A stretch of DNA of 32,000 nucleotides from Synechococcus elongatus PCC 6301 (lineage in GTDB: Bacteria; Cyanobacteriota; Cyanobacteriia; Synechococcales; Synechococcaceae), in the NCBI RefSeq assembly GCF_000010065.1, contig NC_006576.1:2100001-2132000 (forward strand). Direction: 5' to 3'. The notes beneath the pieces are model-generated. The model was not told where the DNA came from. It was given only the letters and a program-made list of their open reading frames with translations, and searched no databases. The translations under genes were made by a program, and so were the position numbers. Numbering within the stretch: the stretch's first letter is position 1; every line of letters begins with the position of its first letter. This document shows, piece by piece, positions 19,902-28,945 of this stretch.

Positions 19902-20756
19902 ATGACCCTGGCTGGCTACACCATTCGTCCCATGACGCGATCGGATTTGGATCTAGCGATCGCTTGGGCTGCTGCTGAAGGCTGGAATCCGGGCTTGGAT
20001 GATGCCGACAGCTTCTATAGCGCTGATCCCACAGGGTTCTGGATGGGCTGGCTAGATGATCAACCGATCGCTTGTCTGTCGACGGTCAAATATGGCGATC
20101 GCTTTGGCTTTGTCGGCTTTTACATCGTCGTACCCCAATACCGAGGTCAAGGCTACGGCTGGGCGATTTGGCAGGCTGGGCTGGCGAGTTTGGGGGATCG
20201 CCTGATCGGTTTGGACGGTGTGGTGGCACAACAGGAGAACTACCGGCGATCGCGCTTTGAATTGGCTTACTGTAACCAGCGCTATAGCGGCCTGAGTCGT
20301 AGGCTACAGTCCGAGCTCCCTGCGGCCATTCGTCGCTTAGAACCGGCGGATTTTCCCTCGCTCTTGGCCTACGATCGCCAGCTCTTTCCTGAAGATCGCC
20401 ACTCGTTTCTGGAAAAATGGCTGACTCAACCTCGAGCAATCGCCCTTGGCTATTTCGCATCCCAAGGACTCCAGGGCTATGGACAGATTCGTCCAAGTCA
20501 GGCGGGCTATCGGATCGGTCCCCTATTTGCCGATCAGCCTGAGATTGCTCAACAACTCTTTCTGGCTCTGCAGAGTCAAATTCCCGAGAGTCAGCCCATC
20601 TTTTGGGATATTCCCACGGTCAATACGGCCGCGATCGCGTTCGCCACAGAGCAGGGGTTCACCTCGATGTTCGACACCGCTCGGATGTATCGCGGAGCAG
20701 CCCCCGATATTTCCCTCAATCGCCTCTATGGAGTGACGAGTTTAGAGCTGGGCTAA
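19902..20756 (+). CDS. GNAT-family N-acetyltransferase
   Basis: MTLAGYTIRPMTRSDLDLAIAWAAAEGWNPG...FVGFYIVVPQYRGQGYGWAIWQ, acetyl-CoA-binding motif A. Confidence 0.87.
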   Translation: MTLAGYTIRPMTRSDLDLAIAWAAAEGWNPGLDDADSFYSADPTGFWMGWLDDQPIACLSTVKYGDRFGFVGFYIVVPQYRGQGYGWAIWQAGLASLGDRLIGLDGVVAQQENYRRSRFELAYCNQRYSGLSRRLQSELPAAIRRLEPADFPSLLAYDRQLFPEDRHSFLEKWLTQPRAIALGYFASQGLQGYGQIRPSQAGYRIGPLFADQPEIAQQLFLALQSQIPESQPIFWDIPTVNTAAIAFATEQGFTSMFDTARMYRGAAPDISLNRLYGVTSLELG

Positions 20757-20874
20757 TTCATCACGCAGTGCGATCGTTGACTTTTGCGTTAAAGCAAAAA
20801 TCCTGCTCACACTTGAACAGGATTTTTGAGAAGATTAGAAGACTTGAAGTGATTCACTTAAGTCTCTGTTTTAA

Positions 20875-20947
20875 TACCCCCAAGGGGATTCGAACCCCTG
20901 TCGCCTCCGTGAAAGGGAGGTGTCCTAGGCCTCTAGACGATGGGGGC
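20875..20947 (-). tRNA. tRNA-Glu (anticodon UUC)
   Basis: Reverse complement GCCCCCATCGTCTAGAGGCCTAGGACACCTCCCTTTCACGGAGGCGACAGGGGTTCGAATCCCCTTGGGGGTA folds as a cloverleaf with anticodon loop CTTTCAC; CCA not encoded. Confidence 0.96.
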
Positions 20948-21039
20948 AAATCGCATCGCCAATTAAGAAATTATCGAACTTCTAGAGTGGTGTCAACCCC
21001 TTCTCCAAAAGAAACTGCAGAGACCGCGATCGCGGTGCG

Positions 21040-22203
21040 TTAGCAGGGCATGGTGTAGCGATAAACCGGCATCGTGAAGTGGAAGGTGCTGCCTTGGCCC
21101 AGTTCCGAAGCAACCCAGATGCGGCCAAAGTGGGCCTGAACAATTCGCTGGCAAACCGATAGTCCAATGCCGTAGCCCTCTTGGCTGCTATCGCGGGAAA
21201 GCCGCACCAAGTTCTTGAAAATGACGCTGAGCTGGTCGCGAGGGATGCCAGAGCCCGTGTCGCTGATGCTGATCTGCACTTTCTGGCTCGTGCGATGGAG
21301 CGCTGCGATCGTGATTGTGCCCCCGGGCGGAGTGTATTTGATGGCGTTGTCTACCAGATTGACCAGAACCTGCCGCAGACGGTCAGGGTCGGCGTAGAGC
21401 GTGGGCAGGTCGCCTGGAACATCCGTGATCAACTGCTGCTGCTTACTCCGCCAGCGTTCATGCAACTGTTCCAGAACCTGCTGCAGGAGCGGCTCAAAGA
21501 CGACTTCGCGGGGATTGATCCGCAAGCTTTCGCCAGAGTGGCGAGTTGCCTCCAAAATCTCGGCAATCATGCGCTCGATTTCACGCAATTGCGATCGTGC
21601 CTGATCGAACAGACTGCACAGTCCCTGCATTTCCTTGGCTGTCGCCACAGAAAAGGATTGACTGCGGATTTGAATGGTGTCGACCGCCAAAAGAGCAGCG
21701 GTTAGCGGATTGCGGAGGTCGTGGGCGACGAGAGCAATGACCTGCTCAAGGAATTTTGTCCGCTCCGAGAGATCAGCGTATTGTTGCTGAAGCTGAAAAA
21801 AGGCATCAGCCTGCTGCAACGCGGGGGTCTCGGGTTGGCCTAGCTCCGTGAACGGAATGTTGACTTCAGGTGGCTCTCGATCGGCAAAAAAGGCCTCTTG
21901 CTGAACCAGCCACTGGGGCAACTGGTTGGCTAATTGATCGGTGAGGTCGATGCCACTCAGAACTTGGCGAGAGCCTGGACCAATTTTAACCAGGGCAGGC
22001 GTGACGACTAGGCGGTAGTACTCCACCAGTTGTGGCTGGTCCGCCACATTGATCACCTGCAAGCTGATGGGGACGGTTGCCTCTACTGCTGCCAAAATAT
22101 TTTTAACCCGCTGCACAATGTGCTGTGACAGGGGCCGGGTATCGACGAACAGTTGCAGTAGCAACGGTTGAGCCAGTGCTTGTGGTGACAGAGACTCTCC
22201 CAT
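21040..22203 (-). CDS. sasA: Circadian clock output histidine kinase SasA (KaiB-like sensor domain + HisKA + HATPase)
   Basis: N-terminal KaiB-like LLQLFVDTRPLSQHIVQRVKNIL, H-box VIALVAHDLRNPLTAALL, N-box NLVDNAIKYTPPGG, G-box DTGSGIPRDQ/GIGLSV. Start at 22203 gives 387 aa. Confidence 0.96.
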   Translation of the reverse strand: MGESLSPQALAQPLLLQLFVDTRPLSQHIVQRVKNILAAVEATVPISLQVINVADQPQLVEYYRLVVTPALVKIGPGSRQVLSGIDLTDQLANQLPQWLVQQEAFFADREPPEVNIPFTELGQPETPALQQADAFFQLQQQYADLSERTKFLEQVIALVAHDLRNPLTAALLAVDTIQIRSQSFSVATAKEMQGLCSLFDQARSQLREIERMIAEILEATRHSGESLRINPREVVFEPLLQQVLEQLHERWRSKQQQLITDVPGDLPTLYADPDRLRQVLVNLVDNAIKYTPPGGTITIAALHRTSQKVQISISDTGSGIPRDQLSVIFKNLVRLSRDSSQEGYGIGLSVCQRIVQAHFGRIWVASELGQGSTFHFTMPVYRYTMPC

Positions 22204-22304
22204 TAACTCGCGATCGCTGGCTGGGGGGCAAACACCCACGGGGTCGTGCGTGTTCCCAACAGTCTACCGAAGCGATCGCGAATTCGTTGGTAAGTAGGAT
22301 GGCT

Positions 22305-23300
22305 CTAGCGGAACGTACTGCTCACTGAGCTTTCTTCGTGAATCCGCCAAATTGTTTCACCCAACAGGTTAGCCACCGACAGGATCGTCAACTGAGGGAA
22401 GCGGTTTTCCTCGGGGATCGGAATCGTGTTAGTGACAATTACTTCCTCGAAGAGGCCGCTGGCCGAGAGACGCTCGATTGCCGGTGGCGAGAAGACTGCG
22501 TGCGTCGCACAGGCGTAGACCTGGCTCGCGCCTTGCTTGCGCAGGAGACGGGCACCCTCGCAGATGGTGCCAGCTGTGTCGATCATGTCGTCCACGAGCA
22601 CCGCTGTTTTACCCTGAACGTCACCAATGACGTTGAGGACTTCCGCAACGTTGTGAGCTTGTCGACGCTTATCAATGATCGCTAAAGGCGCATCATCTAA
22701 TTTCTTGGCGAAGGCACGAGCCCGAGCGACACCACCGACGTCAGGAGAAACCACTACTAGATCAGCGAGATTTTTGCTGCGCAGATAGTCGATCAGGACA
22801 GGCGACCCATAGACGTGATCGAAGGGAATGTCGAAATAGCCTTGAATCTGGGCTGAGTGCAAGTCCATCGCCAGCACCCGATTCGCTCCAGCCTGAGTGA
22901 TTAGGTTAGCAACCAACTTGGCTGTAATCGACTCACGACCTGCCGTTTTGCGATCGGCGCGGGCGTAACCGTAGTAGGGCAAGACTGCCGTGATTTGGCG
23001 GGCTGACGCACGTCGACAGGCGTCGATCATGATCAGCAATTCCATCAAGTGGTCGTTGACCGGCCAGCAGGTCGGCTGCATCAAGTAGACATCACAGCCG
23101 CGGATCGATTCTTGGATTTGAACGTACAATTCACCATCCGCAAACCGCTTGCGGATCATGGGCCCTAAATCAATCCCGAGATAGCGAGAAACTTCTTGGG
23201 AGAGGGCGGAATTGGACGAACCAGAAAATAGCCGTAGGCGATGATTGTCCGGGAGTGAGGGCAGTGCAGACGCGAAGGGCAGGGTGGCAGAACGGATCAC
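22305..23300 (-). CDS. prs: Ribose-phosphate pyrophosphokinase
   Basis: LRLFSGSSNSALSQEVSRYLG, DLHSAQIQGYFDIPFDHVYGSP, VLVDDMIDTAGTICEGA. Confidence 0.97.
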   Translation of the reverse strand: MIRSATLPFASALPSLPDNHRLRLFSGSSNSALSQEVSRYLGIDLGPMIRKRFADGELYVQIQESIRGCDVYLMQPTCWPVNDHLMELLIMIDACRRASARQITAVLPYYGYARADRKTAGRESITAKLVANLITQAGANRVLAMDLHSAQIQGYFDIPFDHVYGSPVLIDYLRSKNLADLVVVSPDVGGVARARAFAKKLDDAPLAIIDKRRQAHNVAEVLNVIGDVQGKTAVLVDDMIDTAGTICEGARLLRKQGASQVYACATHAVFSPPAIERLSASGLFEEVIVTNTIPIPEENRFPQLTILSVANLLGETIWRIHEESSVSSTFR

Positions 23301-23528
23301 AGCAGACCCCGGAGCATAACCAACGAAATCTTATCATCCCTGCCTAGGCGTCGACCGTGGCAACAGGACGCTAAAAGGCATGCCTACTGGGCCGTTCGCC
23401 TGTTTTTGATCGCGAGCGATCGCCTTCAACAAGTTTTCGTTTCCGATTGGCTGGAGCGATCGCCCGGTGCATCGTCTTGGTAACAGTTCCCGTTAGGCTG
23501 AAGACGCTCCTTTGCTGCTTCTTTCGTT

Positions 23529-24071
23529 ATGCGTCTGCTGATCAGCAGTACTTCTTCCGGCGCTGGTAAATCCGCGATCGCCCAAGCACTACAGGCCTAT
23601 CAAGCTTGGCGACGGCAACCGGTTTGGTCGCTTCAAGACTGGCTGGCGTCAGATCAGTCCTTGGCGGAACGCTGGCAGACTTTGCAGCAGAGCGAAGCCT
23701 GTTTTCTGGAAGCGCCCGGTTGTTTGGGAACACTGGTTGCACCGGAATTGACCGTGGCAGATCTAGCACAGGCTTGGCGATTACCGGTGCTGTTGGTGGC
23801 TTCAGCCCAAATGGACTGGCCCGGACAGGCGATCGCGATGGTGGCCTTGGCTCAACAACGGCAGCTACCGATTTTGGGCGTGATTCTCAATCAAGTTACG
23901 ACTGCAGCTCCCGTTGCACAGGAATCTTTCCAGTTACTGACTGGCATTCCTGTGCTGGGAACTTTTCTAGCGGGAGCAGCCCAAGCGGCGATCGCAGATC
24001 AGGCGGCGATCGTCCGTAATTGGGATCTCGAACGCCTACCCGGATTCCTGCCAGCGATCGCGAGAGTCTAG
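23529..24071 (+). CDS. P-loop protein, dethiobiotin-synthetase/CobQ-like
   Basis: MRLLISSTSSGAGKSAIAQAL P-loop, EAPGCLGTLVAPELTVADLAQAWRLPVLLVASA and ILGVILNQV, typical of the BioD/CobB superfamily. Shorter than typical BioD. Confidence 0.7.
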   Translation: MRLLISSTSSGAGKSAIAQALQAYQAWRRQPVWSLQDWLASDQSLAERWQTLQQSEACFLEAPGCLGTLVAPELTVADLAQAWRLPVLLVASAQMDWPGQAIAMVALAQQRQLPILGVILNQVTTAAPVAQESFQLLTGIPVLGTFLAGAAQAAIADQAAIVRNWDLERLPGFLPAIARV

Positions 24072-24097
24072 TAGCTGAAGTCGTTTTTCAGTTGGAC

Positions 24098-25006
24098 TCA
24101 GACCTTGCCCAGTGCTTGTAGCTTGTCCCAAGCCAACTTGGCAGCCCCAACTCGACCGGCTTCGTTGCCGAGTGCCGCGATCGCAATCTGCAGATCTTCA
24201 CGAGAGGTCGGGAGGACGCGACGATGCAGCTCCTCCGTCAGTGCCGGTAAGAAGAAAGCTGCACTGCCGCTGATGCCGCCGCCCAGAATAATCACTTCGG
24301 GCGTCAGGACATAGACCAGACTGGCAAGACCGGCAGCGAGCGTTCGGCCATAGTCCTGCCAAGCCGCGATCGCTTCAGGACCCCCTTGGGAAGCGCGATC
24401 GCCGAGGTCTTTGGGATCGCAACCAAAGCGCCGCTGAACGGCTCCGATCGAGGCATATTGCTCTAACGATCCTTGGTTGCCACTATTGCAATGCGGCCCA
24501 GCCGGGTCCAGTGTGATCAGCCCGAGTTCTGCTGCTGTTCCCGTGCGACCCACAAACAGCTCGCCATTGAGTACGATCGCCCCGCCCACGCCGGTCCCGA
24601 GAGTCAGCAAAATGGCATCGCGATAGCCCCGACCGCCACCCAGCCAGACTTCACCCAAGCCAGCGCAGTTGGCATCATTGGCCAAAATGACCGGCCGTTG
24701 CAGATCGGCTTCCAGCCAGTCAGCCAGGGGGACCTCAGTCCAGCCGTCTAGATTGATGGCAACCCGCGCTACCCGACCGGCTGCATCCGCAGGCCCCGGT
24801 GTACCAATGCCGATCGCCAGTGCTTCAGCTTGGGGATCGAGCTGACGGATCGCCTCTACGAGCGCAGCCCGAACATTGCTTGGCGTGCTGGGGGTTGGAG
24901 TTGGGACGGTCAATTCCTGCTGACACTGTCCCTCAATCGGGTAACGCCCCAATTTCATGGCAGTTCCGCCCAAATCGACGCCGATCACGGTCGCGGGGTA
25001 TGCCAT
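24098..25006 (-). CDS. ROK-family sugar kinase (glucokinase-like)
   Basis: VIGVDLGGTAMKLGRYP, GIGTPGPAD, NDANCAGLGEVWLGGGRG, LGTGVGGAIVLNG. Likely start MAYPATVIG at 25006. Confidence 0.92.
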   Translation of the reverse strand: MAYPATVIGVDLGGTAMKLGRYPIEGQCQQELTVPTPTPSTPSNVRAALVEAIRQLDPQAEALAIGIGTPGPADAAGRVARVAINLDGWTEVPLADWLEADLQRPVILANDANCAGLGEVWLGGGRGYRDAILLTLGTGVGGAIVLNGELFVGRTGTAAELGLITLDPAGPHCNSGNQGSLEQYASIGAVQRRFGCDPKDLGDRASQGGPEAIAAWQDYGRTLAAGLASLVYVLTPEVIILGGGISGSAAFFLPALTEELHRRVLPTSREDLQIAIAALGNEAGRVGAAKLAWDKLQALGKV

Positions 25007-25130
25007 AACGATTGCCCTAGCCCAAGTTGCAAAAGAGTTTCGCAATCCTAGCAAGCAGCGATCGCCTCAGTGAAACAGACATGCCACGATCGCCAATAGT
25101 CCCCCTGTTTTGAAGCGAGGAGCGAACACC

Positions 25131-26114
25131 GTGCGCGTCGTCTTTTTTGGAACCCCCCAATTCGCGGTTCCAACTTTGCAGCAGTTGCTTGATGCGCCGG
25201 ATGTTGAGGTGATGGCGGTGGTCAGCCAACCCGATCGCCGCCGAGGGCGGGGTAATCAGGTCAGTGCTTCGCCGGTCAAAGCCCTCGCGATCGCCTATGA
25301 TTTGCCAGTCTGGCAACCGGAACGCCTGCGCCGCGATCCAGAAGTCTTGAGTCAGTTACAGCAAACCCAAGCTGATGCGTTTGTCGTTGTCGCTTACGGC
25401 CAGTTACTGCCAGCGGAGGTGCTGGCGATGCCACGACTGGGCTGCATCAACGTCCATGGTTCGCTGCTGCCGGCCTATCGTGGTGCCGCCCCGATCCAGT
25501 GGAGTTTGATCAACGGCGATCGCGAAACGGGGATCGTGACGATGCAGATGGATGTAGGCATGGATACGGGGCCGATGCTGTTGCGCTGGACGACCCCGAT
25601 CGCCTTGGACGATAACAGTCAGACCTTGGGCGATCGCTTGGCGACAGCGGGCGCTGAACTGCTCTTACAAACGCTGCGGCAACTGGATCAGGGGCACCTA
25701 ACTGCGATTTCTCAAAACGAGGCTGAAGCGACCTATGCTCGGCTCCTGCAAAAGGAAGACTTTCAGCTGAGCTGGGATCAGTCCGCCTTGGAGCTGCATA
25801 ACCGGATTCGTGGGCTGTATCCCGGAGCGAGTCTACCTGTCCAAGGCGATCGCCTCAAAGTTTTGGCCAGTCTGCCCTTGGGACTAGGTCTGCTCCTGTC
25901 GGCGGCCTATGCAGATTGGCAAGATTGGCAGCCTGATCCAGCAGCTCAGCCAGGGACCGTATTGGCGATCGCCAAATCCTTGGGGCCGATCGTGGCGACT
26001 CGCGAGGGAGCATTACTACTACTACAAGTTCAACCGGCAGGCCGCAAACCACTGAGTGGCTGGGATTGGGCCAACGGCCTGCGCTTGCAAGAAGGGCTGT
26101 CTTTGCTGGAGTAA
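25131..26114 (+). CDS. fmt: Methionyl-tRNA formyltransferase
   Basis: GTG start, VRVVFFGTPQFAVPTLQQLL, GCINVHGSLLPAYRGAAPIQWSLINGDRETGIVTMQMDVGMDTG. Confidence 0.97.
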   Translation: MRVVFFGTPQFAVPTLQQLLDAPDVEVMAVVSQPDRRRGRGNQVSASPVKALAIAYDLPVWQPERLRRDPEVLSQLQQTQADAFVVVAYGQLLPAEVLAMPRLGCINVHGSLLPAYRGAAPIQWSLINGDRETGIVTMQMDVGMDTGPMLLRWTTPIALDDNSQTLGDRLATAGAELLLQTLRQLDQGHLTAISQNEAEATYARLLQKEDFQLSWDQSALELHNRIRGLYPGASLPVQGDRLKVLASLPLGLGLLLSAAYADWQDWQPDPAAQPGTVLAIAKSLGPIVATREGALLLLQVQPAGRKPLSGWDWANGLRLQEGLSLLE

Positions 26115-27890
26115 CTAAACGCGATCGCTCAGACGTTCGCCGGTTTGCACTTTCCAGAGGTTGGCATAGAGGCCATCCAAGGCAAGAAGTTCGTCATGGT
26201 GTCCGGCTTCGACCAAGCGACCCTGATCCATCACATAGATGCAGTCCGCATGACGAATCGTCGAGAGGCGGTGGGCGATCGCCAAGGTGGTCCGATCGCG
26301 GGTGATTTGTTCGAGCGATCGCTGAATGGCGGCTTCGGTCTCGTTATCGACTGCCGAGGTTGCTTCATCGAGGATCAGGATTGGCGGATCCTTGAGAATG
26401 GCTCGCGCGATCGCCAAACGCTGCCGCTGTCCACCCGACAGTTTCTGGCCTCGTTCGCCCACAACTGTGTCGTAACCCTGGGGTAAATCCATGATGAATT
26501 CGTGGGCTTCAGCGAGCTTGGCAGCTTGCTCAATTTCAGTCTGAGTCGCGTCAAAACTACCGTAGGCAATGTTCTCAGCAACACTGCCATGGAAGAGAAA
26601 AACATCCAGGCTAACGAAGCCGATCGCCTGCCGCAAATCCTTCAGTTTTAAGTCACGCAAATCAATCCCATCGAGTAGGATGCGACCGGTTTGAGGTTCA
26701 TAGAAACGCAGCAGCAGTTTGACTAAGGTACTTTTGCCAGAACCAGTAGCCCCGACGATCGCAATCGTTTGACCAGCGGGGATGTTCAGATTGAGATCGA
26801 TAACACTGGGTTCGCGATCACGGTAAGCAAAGGTGATGCCTTCAAACTGGACAGCACCTTGCACTTGGCCGATCGGCAAAGATTGGCGACCGCTGGGAAT
26901 TTGCACCGGGATCGCCAGCAAATCCATCACCCGCTGGGTCGAAGCCATCGCCCGTTGGTAGTCATCCAGTACTCGCCCCAAGCTGGTCAAGGGCCAGAGA
27001 AGACGTTGGGTAATGAACACCAAAAAGCTATAGGTGCCGACATCGAGCCGTCCGTTAATGGTTTCCATTCCACCGACATAAAGAATGGCGATGAAAGCAA
27101 ACAGAATCGCGAAACGAATCAATGGAACAAAAGCGGAACTGAGCGCGATCGCCCGACGATTCGCTTGGCGATAGGCATCACTATCCTCAGCGACCCGCCC
27201 TTTTTCAAATGCCTCAGCCGTGAAACTTTTAATCGTGGCAATGCCGCCCAAATTGTTCGCCAGTCGTGCACTAATCAGACCGGCTTGTTCGCGAACGCGG
27301 GCATAGCGCGGGGCTAAACGCCGTTGGAAGCGCAGCGATCCCCAGAGAATGACAGGAATCGGCAGAATCGCCAGCCCTGCCACGGTTGGAGAGAGATAAG
27401 CCATCGCCCCACCGACTGCCAGAACGGTGGTCGTGACCTGCAAAATCTCGTTTGCGCCGTGGTCGAGGAAGCGTTCGAGCTGGTTGATGTCATCGTTGAG
27501 AACACTGAGTAGCTGACCAGTACTCCGCTCCTCAAAAAAGCTCAGCTCCAGTTCTTGCAAATGGCCGTAGGCATCCAAACGCAACTCATGTTGCAGCGTT
27601 TGCGCGAGGGTGCGCCATTGCCAAGCGTAGAGATACTCGAACAGTGATTCGAGGCTCCAAATCACAAAGGAGAACAGCACCAACAGCCCTAACTGCTGTT
27701 CAACGGGGACGACGCCCCACTTGGCCAGCCAAGAATCCTGCCGCTGGACAACCACATCCACCGCCATGCCAATCAGGACGGGTGGGGCAAGGTCAAAGAT
27801 TTTGTTGAGGATCGAACAAGCGATCGCACTCAGCACCTGCCGTTGATGGGGGGCACTGTAGCGATACAACCGCACAAGGGGATGGGGCAT
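26115..27890 (-). CDS. ABC exporter, fused permease and ATPase (MsbA/MDR-like)
   Basis: Six-TM region, Walker [15 protein letters not shown], signature [33 protein letters not shown]. Confidence 0.95.
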   Translation of the reverse strand: MPHPLVRLYRYSAPHQRQVLSAIACSILNKIFDLAPPVLIGMAVDVVVQRQDSWLAKWGVVPVEQQLGLLVLFSFVIWSLESLFEYLYAWQWRTLAQTLQHELRLDAYGHLQELELSFFEERSTGQLLSVLNDDINQLERFLDHGANEILQVTTTVLAVGGAMAYLSPTVAGLAILPIPVILWGSLRFQRRLAPRYARVREQAGLISARLANNLGGIATIKSFTAEAFEKGRVAEDSDAYRQANRRAIALSSAFVPLIRFAILFAFIAILYVGGMETINGRLDVGTYSFLVFITQRLLWPLTSLGRVLDDYQRAMASTQRVMDLLAIPVQIPSGRQSLPIGQVQGAVQFEGITFAYRDREPSVIDLNLNIPAGQTIAIVGATGSGKSTLVKLLLRFYEPQTGRILLDGIDLRDLKLKDLRQAIGFVSLDVFLFHGSVAENIAYGSFDATQTEIEQAAKLAEAHEFIMDLPQGYDTVVGERGQKLSGGQRQRLAIARAILKDPPILILDEATSAVDNETEAAIQRSLEQITRDRTTLAIAHRLSTIRHADCIYVMDQGRLVEAGHHDELLALDGLYANLWKVQTGERLSDRV

Positions 27891-27944
27891 GGTTCTCGCA
27901 ATCAGCCAGCTCTTTCCAGCATGGCAGGCGATCGCAGTTCCATA

Positions 27945-28322
27945 TTAGAGAGGGTGGTAGCGAACGGAGTAGCTCGGCCCAAGTTCGAGCCTCAAGGCTT
28001 GCAAAGCAGCCTGGGCTGCGACTTCAAACTGAGCTGACTCTTCAGCCGTCCAAGGGCTTGGCCCTGCCGGATCATTCCAGTCCAAAGCAGTGTCATGCCA
28101 AAGAGACAGTTGGTCTAATTGCTGTCGCAAGCTCTGGGATAGTGGCAGTTGATCTTCGATCGCGCCAACATCAAAGCGATCGCGACTCGCCGCATCATCC
28201 GCCCAAAGAATCCCACCACCCCATTCAAAGCTAAGGCGAAGTGCGAGGGGTTTAGGTGAAGAATTATTGGCTCCAAGCTGAGGTTCAGTGCAGTTAATTG
28301 GGTATGGATCCATCAAGGTCAA
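27945..28322 (-). CDS. Hypothetical protein
   Basis: 125-aa ORF in a large intergenic space, MTLMDPYPINCTEPQLG...SYSVRYHPL; no domain recognised. Confidence 0.55.
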   Translation of the reverse strand: MTLMDPYPINCTEPQLGANNSSPKPLALRLSFEWGGGILWADDAASRDRFDVGAIEDQLPLSQSLRQQLDQLSLWHDTALDWNDPAGPSPWTAEESAQFEVAAQAALQALRLELGPSYSVRYHPL

Positions 28323-28510
28323 CCTGTTCTAAAGCCAGTGAATGCAATTTTTGGAACGATGATGCCGCTCGCAACAGTGTTCAGCGATTACGTTCCCGAA
28401 GAAAGATCTTCTAGGGCGATCAGGCTGGGAGGCCTAGGACAGTCTGCCTTGATTGCTTACTAGTGAACGTGCTAGCACCCGAGTGCTCAAAGCCGTAATG
28501 ACTTTGAGTT

Positions 28511-28552
28511 GTAACGACGGCTACATTTTGACCCTGGGGTTACTACTACCAT
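28511..28552 (+). promoter_or_regulatory. Class II NtcA-activated promoter of the cyanate operon
   Basis: GTA-N8-TAC (gtaacgacggctac, 28511-28524), 22-nt spacer, then TAN3T -10 box taccat (28547-28552). This is the canonical GTAN8TAC-N22-TAN3T arrangement. Confidence 0.85.
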
Positions 28553-28576
28553 TCGCCCTTAACTGAGGAAAGTTTG

Positions 28577-28945
28577 ATGGTCCCCCCAACACTTCTTGAG
28601 GAGCAATCTAAGCTCCTCCATTCTGCTGCGTGTCGCTGTCAGGATTGCTATCGTCTGACGACCGATCACGATCGCTTTTTGGAAGATATGCCGCAAGACC
28701 CTGAGATCTTGATGGCAGATTTTCAAAAGATGGGTTTATTCAAACCTGAATCGATTGCGATCGCCGATCGTCTGACGACTTCAGAGTTGCGCCAAGCCTT
28801 GTTCTTTAAAAATGCTTCCCAAGGGGATCCTGAACAGGGAAGCAATGCTGAGAGCTTTGGCTGCAGAAGCAGGTGGTTTAGATCAGGCATTTGCTGCTGC
28901 TTTTGGACCGCAAGCGGGTCGTTTTTTCAGCAACATTCAAGCTAG
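28577..28945 (+). CDS. Small ORF (CxCxxC-containing) at the head of the cyanate operon; possible separate protein or displaced N-terminal part of CynA
   Basis: ATG at 28577 preceded by SD-like gaggaa (28565-28570). Encodes MVPPTLLEEQSKLLHSAACRCQDCYRLTTDHDRFLEDMPQDPEILMADF... and overlaps the cynA reading frame out of phase. Confidence 0.6.
   Translation: MVPPTLLEEQSKLLHSAACRCQDCYRLTTDHDRFLEDMPQDPEILMADFQKMGLFKPESIAIADRLTTSELRQALFFKNASQGDPEQGSNAESFGCRSRWFRSGICCCFWTASGSFFQQHSS

Noticed and set aside
21181-22328. + strand ORFs antisense to sasA (e.g. 21181..21705)
   Set aside because: Mirror an unambiguous histidine kinase; no domains or start context of their own.
26115-27890. ABC exporter as a possible toxin/bacteriocin secretion system
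   Set aside because: No peptidase domain, accessory membrane-fusion gene or precursor peptide is visible nearby; it looks like an ordinary MsbA-type lipid/drug exporter.
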